Shown one piece after another: positions 49,201 through 64,000 of a DNA stretch of 64,000 nt. Every line of letters starts with the position of its first letter. Positions within the stretch are counted from its first letter, which is position 1. The notes under the pieces are model-generated. The model saw only the letters and a program-made list of their open reading frames with translations. It did not search any database and had not been told where the DNA came from. The position numbers and the translations under genes are program-made. This stretch comes from Balanoglossus misakiensis (lineage: Eukaryota; Animalia; Hemichordata): contig CM082581.2 of the NCBI GenBank assembly GCA_040954595.2, forward strand, positions 7,648,059-7,712,058. The letters are read 5' to 3'.

Positions 49201-52200
49201 ACACCCAGAACTTATGAATAACTGTGTATCTGAGATACCACATTGCCATGGCAATGGGCCTAATAGGAAGGTTTGCAGGAGTACATTGTACATGTACATG
49301 TATGAGAATTAGGAAGCAATATGGTTTAACTTGTCCATAGCCTAGAGGTTGCTATAATTGTTAATGAAAAAAGTGGCTCTATTGTGCGAAATAGCAAACT
49401 ATAAGTGGCGAAGTATACATCCCACTTGAATGCACAAATTCCAATTAAGTTGTGTCCTTGATTTGTTTTTGTAAGGAAGATGTTGGAGCAGTTTTGTAAT
49501 TATTTTTTGTATCATCATAGAAGCCTTGCAATATTGATTCTGTAAATAGGTTTGAGAAAAAGTTGGGCTGGTACCAGTGCATGTGCACGTAGTGTCGCAG
49601 GCCAATCAGTAGGGCGGAAGTAATTACATGATATTTTTAGTCCGGCCAAGCAATCATAAATAGCACATTGATTTACATGTAGTAACAATATTGCTATACT
49701 AATAAATCATGTGTGATATAGGCGACAGCTTTTTATAAAACCGAATATTAATTATCATGTACATGCAGCAGGAGTATAAATTGTTATGATGAAAATAAAA
49801 GGTGGTACTGGATATTCTATAATTGCTTTTGTTTAAACAGTGATTGTCGCCTTGTGGATTATAACCCAAAGTACTGGAATGGAACAGCGTATTATTGCTA
49901 TAGACATGATGCATGTATGGGGTGTATAGAGCACAATATGCCAAACTGCCTAAAAATTCATGCATATTGTCACAGATGTGTTGACCCTATTAATCAATTT
50001 CTTTGATGTTTTTTCTATTTGGTCAATAACACGTTGTTGTCCCTTGTCCCCTAGTTAACCCTGTCACAGAAACTGAGACTTCTTTCAACTCCAAAGACTG
50101 AACTTGTATAAGCTGTATTGAATTATGAAGCTTTTCCCCTCAGGGTCGATTTGTTTTCGACATTTCAGTATTTATAGAAGCATGTGGTATTACATGTACC
50201 ACAGTCTGTATAGGGCTTTACAGTCATCATCATCATCATTGAGTAGCATTGTTTATTCAAATAATTTGATTGCCATATGTTGTACGATCAGTCTTTAATA
50301 ACCAGTGTGCCCAGTCTGCCCTTTGCGTGTCCCATATGCTTCACGTCTCTGTCACCAGATCACTGATGATGTACACCATATGCTAGAAAGATGCCAAAGC
50401 TATCAGCTATTGTACAATGTAATTTTGTCAACTGCATTTTCAATTTTCTGACAAATCTGTATTTTGTTTTTGTTCTGATCTTTCTAGCTTCAGCATGTCT
50501 TCACTGGTCTTGAAGCGACGGCTGAACACAACGGTTTAGTTTTGCTGCTGGAAGAGGATCACTACGTCACTCCGGACTTCATCTCAATGGTGAAATCAAT
50601 GTATACTTTCAAAGCAAGGTGAGTGTCTGCTTTGTGTCTAGAGAAGGTGATGGAATTATGACAATAGAATTGACAGTTTTCGGGATTTTGTGGCTACGTC
50701 AAAAAAAATCACAATTGTCAACTTCCGTTCCGGAAAATTTTATGAATTGTATCAATGCTTTGGGATGTGACATGTATTAATTTACTTTTCTGTGCCATAT
50801 GACAGCCGTCTGCCATGTCTAGGATGGTTTTCAGATCCAGCATTGTTAGACTTAGTCATTGATACTGTTCCCATCCAATAATTTGAGTAGATGTAAAATA
50901 GTTCACCTTGGAGACACTGCCCACTGATCAAACAGATCGTTGACAATTGTAAGCAAAACCATCCCTGCTGTGGGTGATTCTGTTAATTGCTCTCCGTTGA
51001 CTGTAATTGTCAAATTAGAATTTAGATGATAATTGTACAAAATTCGCGCTTTGTCATGAATTATTCTATTCAATTATGTGTGTCAACTTCCTATGCAGAC
51101 ATAAATGATTCTGTCATAGTTCCGGCCCCATCATTCACCTGACCTCGAATTTATTGAAATTTTGCTCAAAATTGACCTAAAGAAAACTGATTATGGTGTA
51201 CATGTGCACATCAGTTTGTTTTGCAAGAAGATCCAATATGGCCATGTATTCAGATAGCACAAAACACCACTGTGATAGATATACACAGTCATGTGCATGT
51301 GCATACATGCAGGCACACCAATTTTGTTTTACAGTATGATCCAATATGGCCGCCTGGCAGCCATATTGGTTAAATCACATCATGTTATCATACCAAAGCA
51401 ATTTTGTGTTCAGATGTAGTTCAAATGAAGTCAAAACTCCCACCAACACCCGTACCCCATGCACATATATCATAAAATATAAAGTTGTTTCTAAAAATGT
51501 TCACAATATCCATCCATCCATCGAGGCCATACATGGAGTGTGGGCAGATGGCTATAAATGACTGATGATTCAGAATGTTTCATCTTCTATTTTAAAAATT
51601 CTATAGCCTACAGTACTTTACTGTCATTCTCCCCCCCCCCCCCCCACCTTAAAAACCTTAATGACATTGTCTTTGTCCCTGTAAAATGTGGATTTGGCAG
51701 AAGATAAAAACCCATTTGCTGATTCTAAGGAGGTTGTCTGTTTTTAATTTGTAGTCCTATACTTTGTCCAGAGTAATGACCCGTGCCTCAGATAAGATGT
51801 CATATCCCGAAGCTAATGAAGCATAGCTAATGTGATTAGAGCAATTATCTCCAAGATTCTGCGAGTGCCAGTCGCCCTGTATGGACAGTTGTCCCCATTT
51901 TCTTCAGCGCAAATATCTTGTAAATGAATCGCCTGGAGTGAAGTCACCTTTTAACTGTGTGTACTCAACCATCTTCAGACAGTGGAACGCTCTTGGTAGA
52001 GCGATGGCTAATAACGTGAGGTGACTCAGGCATTTTTGTGACAGGTTCGTTTGACGTCACGACTGTTTAGGTGACATTGAATGGCAAGCACACTTTCAGA
52101 GGAAGATTTGCATCGGGCATTGGGGGGGGGGTTTGTCAGAAACAGAGGATCTAGCAGACAGTGAACCATTGAGTGGGGACATTTTTTGAAAATTGAAAGG

Positions 52201-55200
52201 AAGTCCATTACTGATTAATAAAGGGAAATATGAAATGAAATAATCAAGATGTTATTAAATATAGCATCGCTAGTTTTATGATATGGGTGGCAGTAAAATT
52301 AATAGTCCGTGGTGCATAGATGGGGAAAAAAGGTTCCTGATTTTAATAGCATCTTTGGCCATGCTCAGTTTGTCATAGAAAATCCAAGCATTTCTCATAT
52401 TCCAATATCCTCCATCATAATGGACCACTTTCAGACTTGTTTCATTATTCTCCTGTCAGTCTCAGCATGGAAAGATCTTCTGTATAGCTGCCCGGCTGTC
52501 ATGATGTGTGTGTATGTGCAACACAATTCAGCTCGTACATTCAGTCAGCTCCTTTGAATTAGAATTGCCTCTGGCGTATGAAATATGGATGCTTTCTTCC
52601 CCCGAGTGTTGCAGTCGCTGATGTCAGCATTTCATGATAAAGATTCACGGGCTGTTGTTATGCCTGCAAGGGTCGTCATGGTTGTCTATTCTAATGTCCC
52701 GCTTGGTGGTTGCATCTCCATTATCAGATGTTTTTTTACGGCGTCTCATAACACTTTATGAATTTTTTTTCCCAATCTGATAAAATGGAAAATCCAGGGT
52801 TTTAAAGAGTTGGCAAGTTTTAAAATCGTCCAAATGTTTTGTGACGGAGAGATCGTCAATATCATTCTCATCTCTCATCTAGACAGGGACACAGAATTAT
52901 TGATCATCTTCCAAAAGACTTCGCTGCCCAAGCTGTTTATTTGTGCAGGAAACTTCCCCCAGGAAATCCACGGAACTGTACAGTATTCTAAACACACCAA
53001 AATGGAACAATCAGACATCAAGAAACCTTTCATGTTTCATGTTTTTGAAGGCTACTGATGACTTTCTGGGGGAAAATGGGAAAAACAAGAATGATAAACA
53101 GGATGTGAAATGCCCATCAGAGTACAAAAAAGCCCAACTAGAACACCTTTGTACAAAAATCAGCAGTAACCTTTAGTGATGCTTTAGTATTGATTGAAAA
53201 ATATCAACTCTTATATGTACATGTACACACATCTGACATGAAGTCAGTCATTTCTAAATCATTATCATGCAATATCACGTTCAAGCTGCGTTTATTTTGA
53301 ACTCTTAACATGCCCTCTGCGAGGCCACAGATGCAGCAACATCGTAAACAGTTACAGCTGTTATTCTCTCCATGAAGTCACAGCTGTCAATACACTCACA
53401 CATGTACAGAGAGAGGGTCACACCATTTACTTGAGATGTTTATGTCTCCTGGCCTCTGAGACTTCCCAGGGATGTGATGGGGTCATTGTTTTATGTCTGA
53501 ACTCAAGTTCGCATGCACTGTTTCTGAGTTTGTGTGCTGTGCCATGCACACAGAGAGATGGTTATGAAAACGACATTGCCCAGCCTTTCGGGTCGGGGTC
53601 AAGGTGTCGTGTTGCTGTTTACACTTGAGAGAAAAATATCCTGTGGCTTCAGTTGCATTGAATTAATGAGTGATGGAGACAGAAGTTAAAAAAAGACATG
53701 TTCAAGCCTGTGGCGGTTTTGACCACCATGTACCATGCACATCACTAATAATTACTGATGGTGATGGTGAGGATGATCATGGTGCATACATGTAATGACC
53801 TATATTTTAGCGAAACTTTGCTTGAAACATGAAGTAGATCCACCTACTTCGCGTCATGTTGCCTTGAAGGTCACAGAGCTAGACTTGAGCTTTTAATTGC
53901 AAATACGCTTCTGCTGCAAGAGTGGAGCATTTTGCCCAGTATTGCCAGTGGTGGGGCCTTTTGACTTCAAGGGGATTTGAAATGACTTCACATTTTGTTT
54001 CATGAATTCCTCTTCAGTGTTTGACAGGCAGGCAGGACAGCATGGCTTGCCGAATTGGATAAATCCCACTGTGTCCCAGGGGTGTTTTTCCTGTCCCTTC
54101 CCTTTGCTGGCAACACAGGTTCCACTCACATGATGCATTTTTGTTTGTTTGATCCTTCCTGTGTCTCATTTTGCCATGATGACAGAGGCAAGAATTTGAG
54201 GACTTGAACAGTTGGTAAAACAGTGTCACTTGGCCTAGCTAGGCTGAGCTTTGCTCTAATATTTAGGTCCCATAAAAGTTAACAACATATCATAAAACAT
54301 TCCCTTGGTGACCCAGTATACTGAACAAGGGGTTGCCAAAGTGTCTCAATGTAAATTTATTTGCACACAAGATCTTACATGACATTTCTGAATGTGCGGA
54401 CAGCTCCACGTTGCCATCATTGAGGGCAGTATCTCATCTGCTCTCCTCACTATCATTTGTGCGAGTTGCCTGTACCTGAGTCACAAATTTTCAGTCACAA
54501 TGAAGCAAGAAAAAGAAGTAGGGCAAAGGGAGAGATATAACACAACATCAAATAATATGGAAGTGATTTTCTTCTTTTTTGCAGTACTTGTCCAGAATGT
54601 GATATTTTGACGATGGGACTGTATGATAAAGGGATTCATTATTCAGACAGAAGTAATAAGGTCAGTTGAAACTTACTTGTAGTAGTAGTATAGAGGAGTA
54701 TGGTGGTAAGCATAAAAGTAGATAAAGAAATACTTACTGAGGTACATTGTAAGTATATAGTCATTTGTCAAGGAAGTAGTTGAAATGTTGTAATTGGTCA
54801 CTGTTTGAATCAGATACTCATCCCAGTCTTTGCTCTTGTTGTTTTCAGGTCGATGCGTTAATTTGGCATTCAAGTAAACACAATATGGGCATGGCCCTTG
54901 ATAGATATTCCTTTAATAAACTACAAGGCTGTGCCAAGGTAAGTCTCGTTTTCAAATGGCTGCTTTTAAATCTTTCAGATTTGTCTGTTATATTTCTTTG
55001 CCGAAAGACTTTTCATATTTTGTACCTACCATAATATACATTTCTTTTTCACAGGAATTCTGTGTTTTTGATGATTACAACTGGGACTGGACATTGCAAC
55101 ATATAAGCAAACATTGCATGTCTAGTTCACTAATGGCTCTAGTTAGCAAGTCTCCCAGGGTATTTCATATAGGAGAGTGGTGAGTTCCAGAATTCATTTC

Positions 55201-55527
55201 TTTATTTTCATAGTTACAGCAGTTCAAACAATCTTCAATTTTCTATCATATGTCATATCTTTTGATGAAAACCCCTGTGACGAATTTTCGTTTCTTTTCT
55301 CTTTTTGCAGTGGCATTCATCATAAGGGTAAAGAGTGCAATGTTGTAGATAAAGTGAGGCATATAGAAAGCATACTGGAACAGAACAAGCAGTACCTTTT
55401 CCCGACGGAGTTGAAACTCGGCCAGAAGACGAGGACTCTGTCTGTCAAGCCATCCAAACCCAACGGTGGCTGGGGTGATATCAGGGATCACGCTCTCTGT
55501 ATGAGTTACGGCAAGAAAGTGAACTGA
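34257..55527 (+). CDS. MGAT2: Alpha-1,6-mannosyl-glycoprotein 2-beta-N-acetylglucosaminyltransferase (GlcNAc-TII)
   Basis: 8 exons: 34257-34883, 38621-38718, 48667-48766, 50488-50618, 54585-54660, 54849-54938, 55055-55179, 55311-55527. Type II TM anchor; motifs VVQAHQR..Y, IDFCQVIQIFYP, FPG..PNDCPRD, CNN..HPD.YGHYRE...TKHHWWWK, LLEEDHY, WHSSKHNMG, FC.FDDYNWDWTL, PRVFHIGECGIH, NGGWGDIRDH.LC. Confidence 0.97.
35136..35233. mobile_element. 98-bp MITE with 9-bp TSD (Mutator-like by TSD length)
   Basis: TIR TAGCTGTGGTACACAGCTGTACTGTT versus reverse-complemented TAGCTGTGGTACGCAGCTGTACCGTT. Flanked by ATCATGAAG at 35127-35135 and 35234-35242. Confidence 0.85.
37644..37835. mobile_element. ~190-bp MITE flanked by TA (Tc1/mariner-like)
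   Basis: Left (TA)CTGTAAAACGGGTTATTTTCGC; right end reverse complement (TA)CTGTACAACGGGTGATTTTCGC. Internal TTTTCGCG/CGCGAAAA motifs. Confidence 0.8.
39370..39418. repeat. Near-perfect inverted repeat (22-bp stem, 5-nt loop) in MGAT2 intron 2
   Basis: TAAACATGGCTAGGTATGTGTA versus TACACATAGCTAGCCATGTTTA: 21/22 complementary. Confidence 0.85.
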
Positions 55528-58500
55528 AGAGACAATACAGTGGAGGGGGTTGAAGAAAAAAATGCTGCAGTACGCCTCAAAGAAACCTATCAGGATTGGT
55601 GGATTCCTCTGTGACCCTTACGTTTGCATTCACCTTCACCCAATCAGCAGCTGGCTTTGTGAGACGATTTCATATTATTGGGTGAGCAGGGCTCAACCAC
55701 TGAAAACTGATACAAACCAAAGTCAGTGTCCACATTATCCAAGGAACTTGCAATCAGGACCAAAAGCTGAAATTTTGTTTTAAGATTTTTTTTAATTCAG
55801 TTGAACCTTGAGCTTAAGGGTACCACAGGAAGTATGTCATCAGGTGATATTGATCGGATATACAGAGAGAGAGAGAGCTTGCAATAAATATTTCCACTAA
55901 GACTCGGTCCATCAGGTAATGGCGAGACCATAGTGCTAATGTGAAAAATAAATTCCCAAGGACAAGGACAAGGACACCATAATAATTTTCAATTTGTTTG
56001 ATATAAAGTGTCATTGTTCTTTCATCTGTGCTTTATATATCCAGTGTGTTGTGCAGATAAATGTTTTTCTAAAAGTAGTAGTCCATCAAATCTCATCTCT
56101 GCCAAATTTAAAGTTTGTGCAGATGATGTGAATGACTGTTCAAAAACAACCCATGTCGACAATCTGCAGTCTTGATGGAACAGAGGTTGGCAGCCATTTT
56201 GTATTTCAGCTATCACTAAATTTTAGCTGCTGCAGCATAAAGTGAAACGAAATCGGTGGTCACAGAATTTCTGGAGCAAAAGCACAACCAAACTTATTTA
56301 GTGCCATATGAAGATGCTTAGTTTTGTAGAGAGAAGAAAATACAACCTTTTTGCAGAAAAGCTGCCTCCCCAGCTGAGAAATGCTGAAAATTTTGCAAAA
56401 TGCAAACAAACCCATAGTACATGTACTTGATATAGTATACACAGTGTGAGAATGGCATTCTCAATCACATCTTGATATGCTCTGAAGCAGTATTCTAACC
56501 ATGTTAAACATTTTGCATTTTTTTGTATAGTTCCACATTGCCTCATGATGTCTTTGTGAAGAATTAAGAAATATTTATAAATGATAGGAGAGACTTGGTC
56601 GATTGAAATTTATAAGTGAACAAACAGAATTCTTCATCTGTTACTTCATTCTTTCATCACTTTCACACAATCCCTGTACATGAAGGAAAAGAATGGCCAA
56701 AAATTTGGCATTTTTTGAACAGTGTTGACAGACAATTCACTTGAGTCCAAAAATTTACAGCCTTTTCTATGAGTCTATGTTTATCTATGCAAACTTATAT
56801 AAATTTTGCACTTCCATTTTGTCTGCATGTCTGCTGATGAAATCTGTCTCGTCTGTTGGTTTCTATGGTCAGTTGTTGTCTCAACTTGTCCATTCAGAGA
56901 ATGCTCTTATAAATGGCTAAAAAAGGTGTGTATTTTGATATTAAAGCTTGATGATGAAGTGAGAAAAAAACTCTGAAGGAGTCATTTCAGTGAAGAAAGA
57001 CAAATTCCTCACACATAAGGCAGGAAAGCATTGAAGCTACTGGTTGTTCAACTTCAGACGTAGAAATTTCACCAACTCAAAGATGGATCCTCCCACTTTA
57101 TTTAGTTTGATTTTTGATTGCTTTTGTGTCATCTCAATGTGCCTACTTTCACCAACATATCAATCCAAACATGTTTTATTCCAGTGCATGCGTCAAGAGT
57201 ATTCAAAGACTGAATTTTGGTCCTTTGTGTGAGCAATGTCTCTGCTTTTTTCTTAGCTCTGATGTGTGGTCATACTAGTAAATATAGACACTCAAAAACA
57301 CATGATGTCCAGTTCCTGCTAGGGTTTAAGCTGTGTTTATAGCAGTTATGATTGGTGTATATTTCAGGTGTTTTACCATTAGTTGTCCACAGAGACAAGG
57401 AAGATCTCTACAGGTTGATGAAACCCCCCTCTTTCTATTACATGTAGACTCTTTGTTTGAATCTTTGGTCGTGTTCACAACTGTCCCAGTCTACAGCAGA
57501 GTCACAGTACTGAAAAGAGAGAATTTTGCTAGCATCTACAGGTACTTAAAAAGTTCATCTGCTTGTTTCTGGGCCAGACTGACTGCTTCCCAGAATTTCT
57601 AGGTGTCTCTTTGTGATGTTATATGCATCGGTGTACCAAAGGCAGGGACAGTATAGGCTGTAGGCCAAAATCTCTGTGTGATACACATATTATTGCATAA
57701 CCACAGATCTGTAACCTGTCCCAACTGCCCATACAAGTATGATGAACTTTGCATGGCTGGGCTGAGACAGGTAGCTTGATGTTCCCTATGTTAGGCCGGC
57801 TAAAGTTCCGGGCCTGAGGAGGGCAGACACTGTCTAATGTGAACCCTCTGCCATCAGGGTGTTTTCATGATGGGTAAACCTGTACACTTAAAAAAAATTG
57901 ACTTCCACACACCACCAGATCTAGACCGTTTTTGTATGAAAAAAAACCTAATGCTTCAGTTCAAGATGTTCAGTTTGTGAATTGCTTTAAAATATTTTTG
58001 TCATTTCTTTTGTATCAGAAGATATACTGATGTACATGTATGTTTTATTTTTTCGTGTAAAAAAGTTAGCTTTTTGATAATGTAAAAATGGGTGTTTCAT
58101 ATCATTAAGTAGTCATAGTTGAAAACTCAGTAATTTTTTAATAAAACGTTAGTTGTGCAATGTAGTTTTGAGATTATTTTTTCTGAAATTGTGTTCAAGT
58201 TATCAGTGGTTTCATCTGCCTTTCCATGTTGAAGTTGATGTTAGTGGAAACTGAATGTTGACACCAATATCCAGTCTCTTTTTGTACTGACATATTGTTT
58301 TGGAGGATAAGAAAATGAAACTTGCAAGATAGGCGGTGAATTTGACAAGAGACCTCGCTCAATCACAAATATTCACAGAATGATATAAAAAAAATGAATT
58401 TTAATATTCGTTGTGTAAAACTTTTTTTCCTGCTGAAATAATATCTGAATCTTTTGTAATTCTGTTCTTGAAGATTCTATTTTTACGTTTTATAAAATCA

Positions 58501-61500
58501 ATGTTTTAAAATGTTCGATATTTATGGTGTAGTTTTGTCAATGAATTAAAAAACTGTTTGAAATTGTTAACAAGAGGGAATAAATAAACAAGTTTTGAGA
58601 ACATTGGCTTCTTGTGATTTTGTTGTTTAGGCAACAGGTACTTAAGAAAATACCTCTCTGGAGTGTATGATCGGTCCGTCTGTGGATATATGAAGGCACT
58701 ATGCAACACACTGCATAAAGCTTGTATTTTCCAAGTTTATGAATAATAAAATTAGGCGGCTGACCCCAACAGGTGGCCTAAGATACAATTTGTCGATCAC
58801 TTTCAAGTCACGACACTCAATATGAAAGACAACCACCATGACACAGTTATGTGTATACACTTTTATTGGTAAGAATTTCTGACTTTTCTACACCACATTA
58901 CAATGTTGTCAATTTTAATCCTGCAGATATATTTATCTTTGTTAGCAATTGTCACCATGGTTAAAGTGCAATTTTACCCCTGCTACCTGTTTCATTTGGC
59001 TGAATTGAATAAAGAAGTTAAACAAGGTAATGAGATCAACATAAAAATTGAGCAGTTTTTCATTATAGCTGTAATAATCCACCAATCAGCTCCAACAATT
59101 ATCTGATAATGCAGTATTTTAAGAAATATAATTAGTAATACAAAGTTTTATAGTCAATTTCTCTTCACAGATATTGGCCCCAAGGGAAAAAACCTAGAAC
59201 ACTACATGTAGCTGCCAAATTATATGGCAGTCAATTCTACCACTAATACTAAATTGTTTAGCCTCAACACACCTGTAAAGTTAATACATGTAAATTTTAC
59301 ATGAATATTTATGTACAGCCTCTAGATAGAATTCTATGCAAGTTTTACAGAAAACAAACTAAGAAAGCAAATTTAAACTTGGCATGAAAATGCTTGGTTA
59401 TTCTGCTGTCCATGAAAAGCAAACCTGTCTAATGCCATCCTTGGTGTAATTGATGTGCTGTAGATGTACATGACATCAACCAGTTGGCATGGACCAAGAA
59501 TTAAAGCCTGTAACCAACTTTAACAGAATTATTTGCAGATATGATGCTAATTTGCATAACATGGAATCTAATTTGCATAAACTTCTGAGAGCCCACCATT
59601 CAGTGTAGAGGAAATTAAGCGATTGCACAATAAAATGTTAAATGTGTTCAGCAAGATTTGCAAATTGCACAATTTGGCCTACATTTCAGAATGCCGATAT
59701 ATGCCTTATATGTTTTATGGGTTTGGCTATCTACAGAGCAGCATAGATGACAGGATTGAACAGTGAAAAATATGTCATTTACTTCGTTAATAGCTCATAT
59801 ATGCGACCTTCAAATAATTTCACGTATTAGCCAATTTCTAAAAAGCTAATGATAATTATTTTTAGATTAATACATGGAAAATCATTTATCCTTCAGAAAT
59901 TGTATCCATAATTTTTAGAGAATTCATCCGACTGTACGTTACTTCAAGTTGTTTCAAACAAATAAATTGCTCTTACACTTTGTAAAACACTTCTACACTG
60001 AATGTCTCTGTGTGATCAATAAGGGGGCTCAGTTCACACAATTGCTCTGGCAAAAAAATCTGTTTAAAGATAACACAGTAGGACATTTTAGTCAACACGT
60101 CTGTGTCTATGTCTACTTCGTCAGTATACAGGTGAAAAAGATTTCCGAAACACATGCATAGTAAAATACAGATTTCAGTCAAGCATTGCATCTGAACAAA
60201 ACATGTTTAGTAAACAAAGAAAAAAAAAATGTAATAATCTAACTAGTTTATGTAAATATAGTTTATACAGATGATGATATAAAATGAGCTTTACAAAAGT
60301 AAGGAATATTGTGGGGAAAATTGTGCAAAATGTAGTAAGAAAGTAGTAAGAAAAAATGCGTAGAAAATATTAATTTTACAATCAACAACAGATAGACCTG
60401 AAACAGAGGATGTACCATGGTTCCTAAGCTATTATGTTACAGTATTACATGCTTACAAACTGAGATACTAATGCTATGGTCTTTTAAACTAAAACCACCA
60501 AATGATTGCAGTTAGGCACTGATTTTGTTCCATATCGACAGAATACTATACTTCACTAGAAAAGAGGTTGCATGTTTTGCTATGGTGGTTACAAAAACTA
60601 ATACACAACTTGGCGCGTGTGACCATGTGCATGTGCAATTGCTGCTATGGTTAACATAAACTTTCCTGCATACCTAACAACTTCATGCATTGGTCTTACA
60701 TTTTATCGGCAAGCTGTACTGTAGCCGAATGGAAAACTACTCAACACAGAGTAATGCTAGTAACACTGTCAGAATTCTGTCTTCTGATATGCAAGTTCAC
60801 AATTTATGTTTCTTACATCACAGATTTTCATACCAATTACCTCACGACTATCAATCAAACGCCCCCACCCTCCCGTGCACTTCTCCCCACCCTCCCTCAT
60901 TTCCCCAAACCCTATTAAAGTAGATATTGTTTTATTTGTGTGACCTGTACACATTGGAATTTGTGCATGGGCAAAGAATGACTCAAGTATCTGAGACAAG
61001 AATTCTCTAAAATTCACCTACATCACCAGGGTAATATACCTGACCTACAGTCCTCCTAATCTGTGCAAAAACTGAGTCAACACGATTACTCCCCCACTAA
61101 TTACTCAACAATGGTTTGGTCTGCTAACGTTTCATACACCATAGATCTGTCCAAACATGTGGGGGAAGTGAAATGAAGAATGCAGAATTATTTTACATCT
61201 GTACAATTTACATTACATGCAATATTTTCCAATTCATGTTTTAATTGAAATTCGCTGATCTTGCATATCATAGGAAATGTGACATTCAAATCCTACGATA
61301 AAATAGACACATTTGAATATCAAGAAATGTATTCTGTTTCACAGGAAAATACCTGCAGCTGACTGATCAACAATTCATAACTCCAAAAGATAATTTTTCT
61401 GAATGTAAACATTTCTGCACATGTCATTTACACACATGTAAATCATAATTGGCCATAATTGAATAAGTATGAATTGACCCTGATTTTTTTCTCTTATAAA

Positions 61501-61577
61501 GTGATTCAAAGAAAATGCAAAACTATGTGCATGAACCAATGAATCTTGGCACCAAATTTTTGAGTGTATGGCTGCAT

Positions 61578-61690
61578 AATATGGGAATATAGATGCCATA
61601 TATGGAAACCTGAATACCTAAAATGGAACGCTGAATGCCTAATATGGAAATCCAGATGCCTAATAAGGTACGGCTGCCTAATATGGAAAA
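61578..61690. repeat. Degenerate ~21-bp tandem repeat in ferlin 3' UTR
   Basis: Units atatggaaacctgaataccta / aaatggaacgctgaatgccta / atatggaaatccagatgccta. Confidence 0.7.
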
Positions 61691-61771
61691 CTAAGTAACT
61701 ACTTTCTGGATGGCAAAGGACGTACAGAAACATTAGCCATCCAAGGAATGCATCGCCATGGTTACAGCTGA

Positions 61772-64000
<2,229 letters not shown>

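Noticed and set aside
51070-51545. Palindrome CCAATATGGCCGCCTGGCAGCCATATTGG and surroundings as an ncRNA or element
   Set aside because: Looks like a degraded interspersed repeat, but no termini or TSD could be defined.
35000-54500. Short ORFs in MGAT2 introns as nested genes or transposases
   Set aside because: No recognisable motifs or coherent exon chains.
22000-61500. Frequent TACATGTA palindromes
   Set aside because: Scattered through all non-coding regions; appears to be a genome-wide compositional feature rather than locus-specific.

Overview
Eukaryotic (invertebrate, probably marine deuterostome; taxon is inference) genomic DNA with four spliced protein-coding genes, reconstructed by hand from GT-AG junctions and reading phase. 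(1) 170-21090 minus: a 29-exon, ~2450-aa gene with the architecture MGCGGSK acylation signal - acidic repeat region - three copies of an unnamed beta-rich repeat - malectin-like domain - FBA (Fbs1-type sugar-binding) domain - DUF4062 - NACHT/STAND NTPase - TPRs. In this sequence it carries a perfect 40-bp exonic tandem duplication that frameshifts exon 3, and a 7.7-kb (GT)/(GTGG) satellite in the intron that splits the FBA domain. (2) PGM3 (minus, 17 exons) and (3) MGAT2 (plus, 8 exons) are head-to-head with start codons ~540 bp apart. (4) The 3' end of a dysferlin/myoferlin-type ferlin (minus) converges on MGAT2. Three MITEs with TIRs and TSDs and several microsatellites are visible. No rRNA, tRNA or CRISPR array was recognised. 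Domain calls come from motif recognition, not database searches. The best candidate for a new system is gene 1, a putative membrane-anchored glycan-sensing STAND protein lying beside N-glycan biosynthesis genes.
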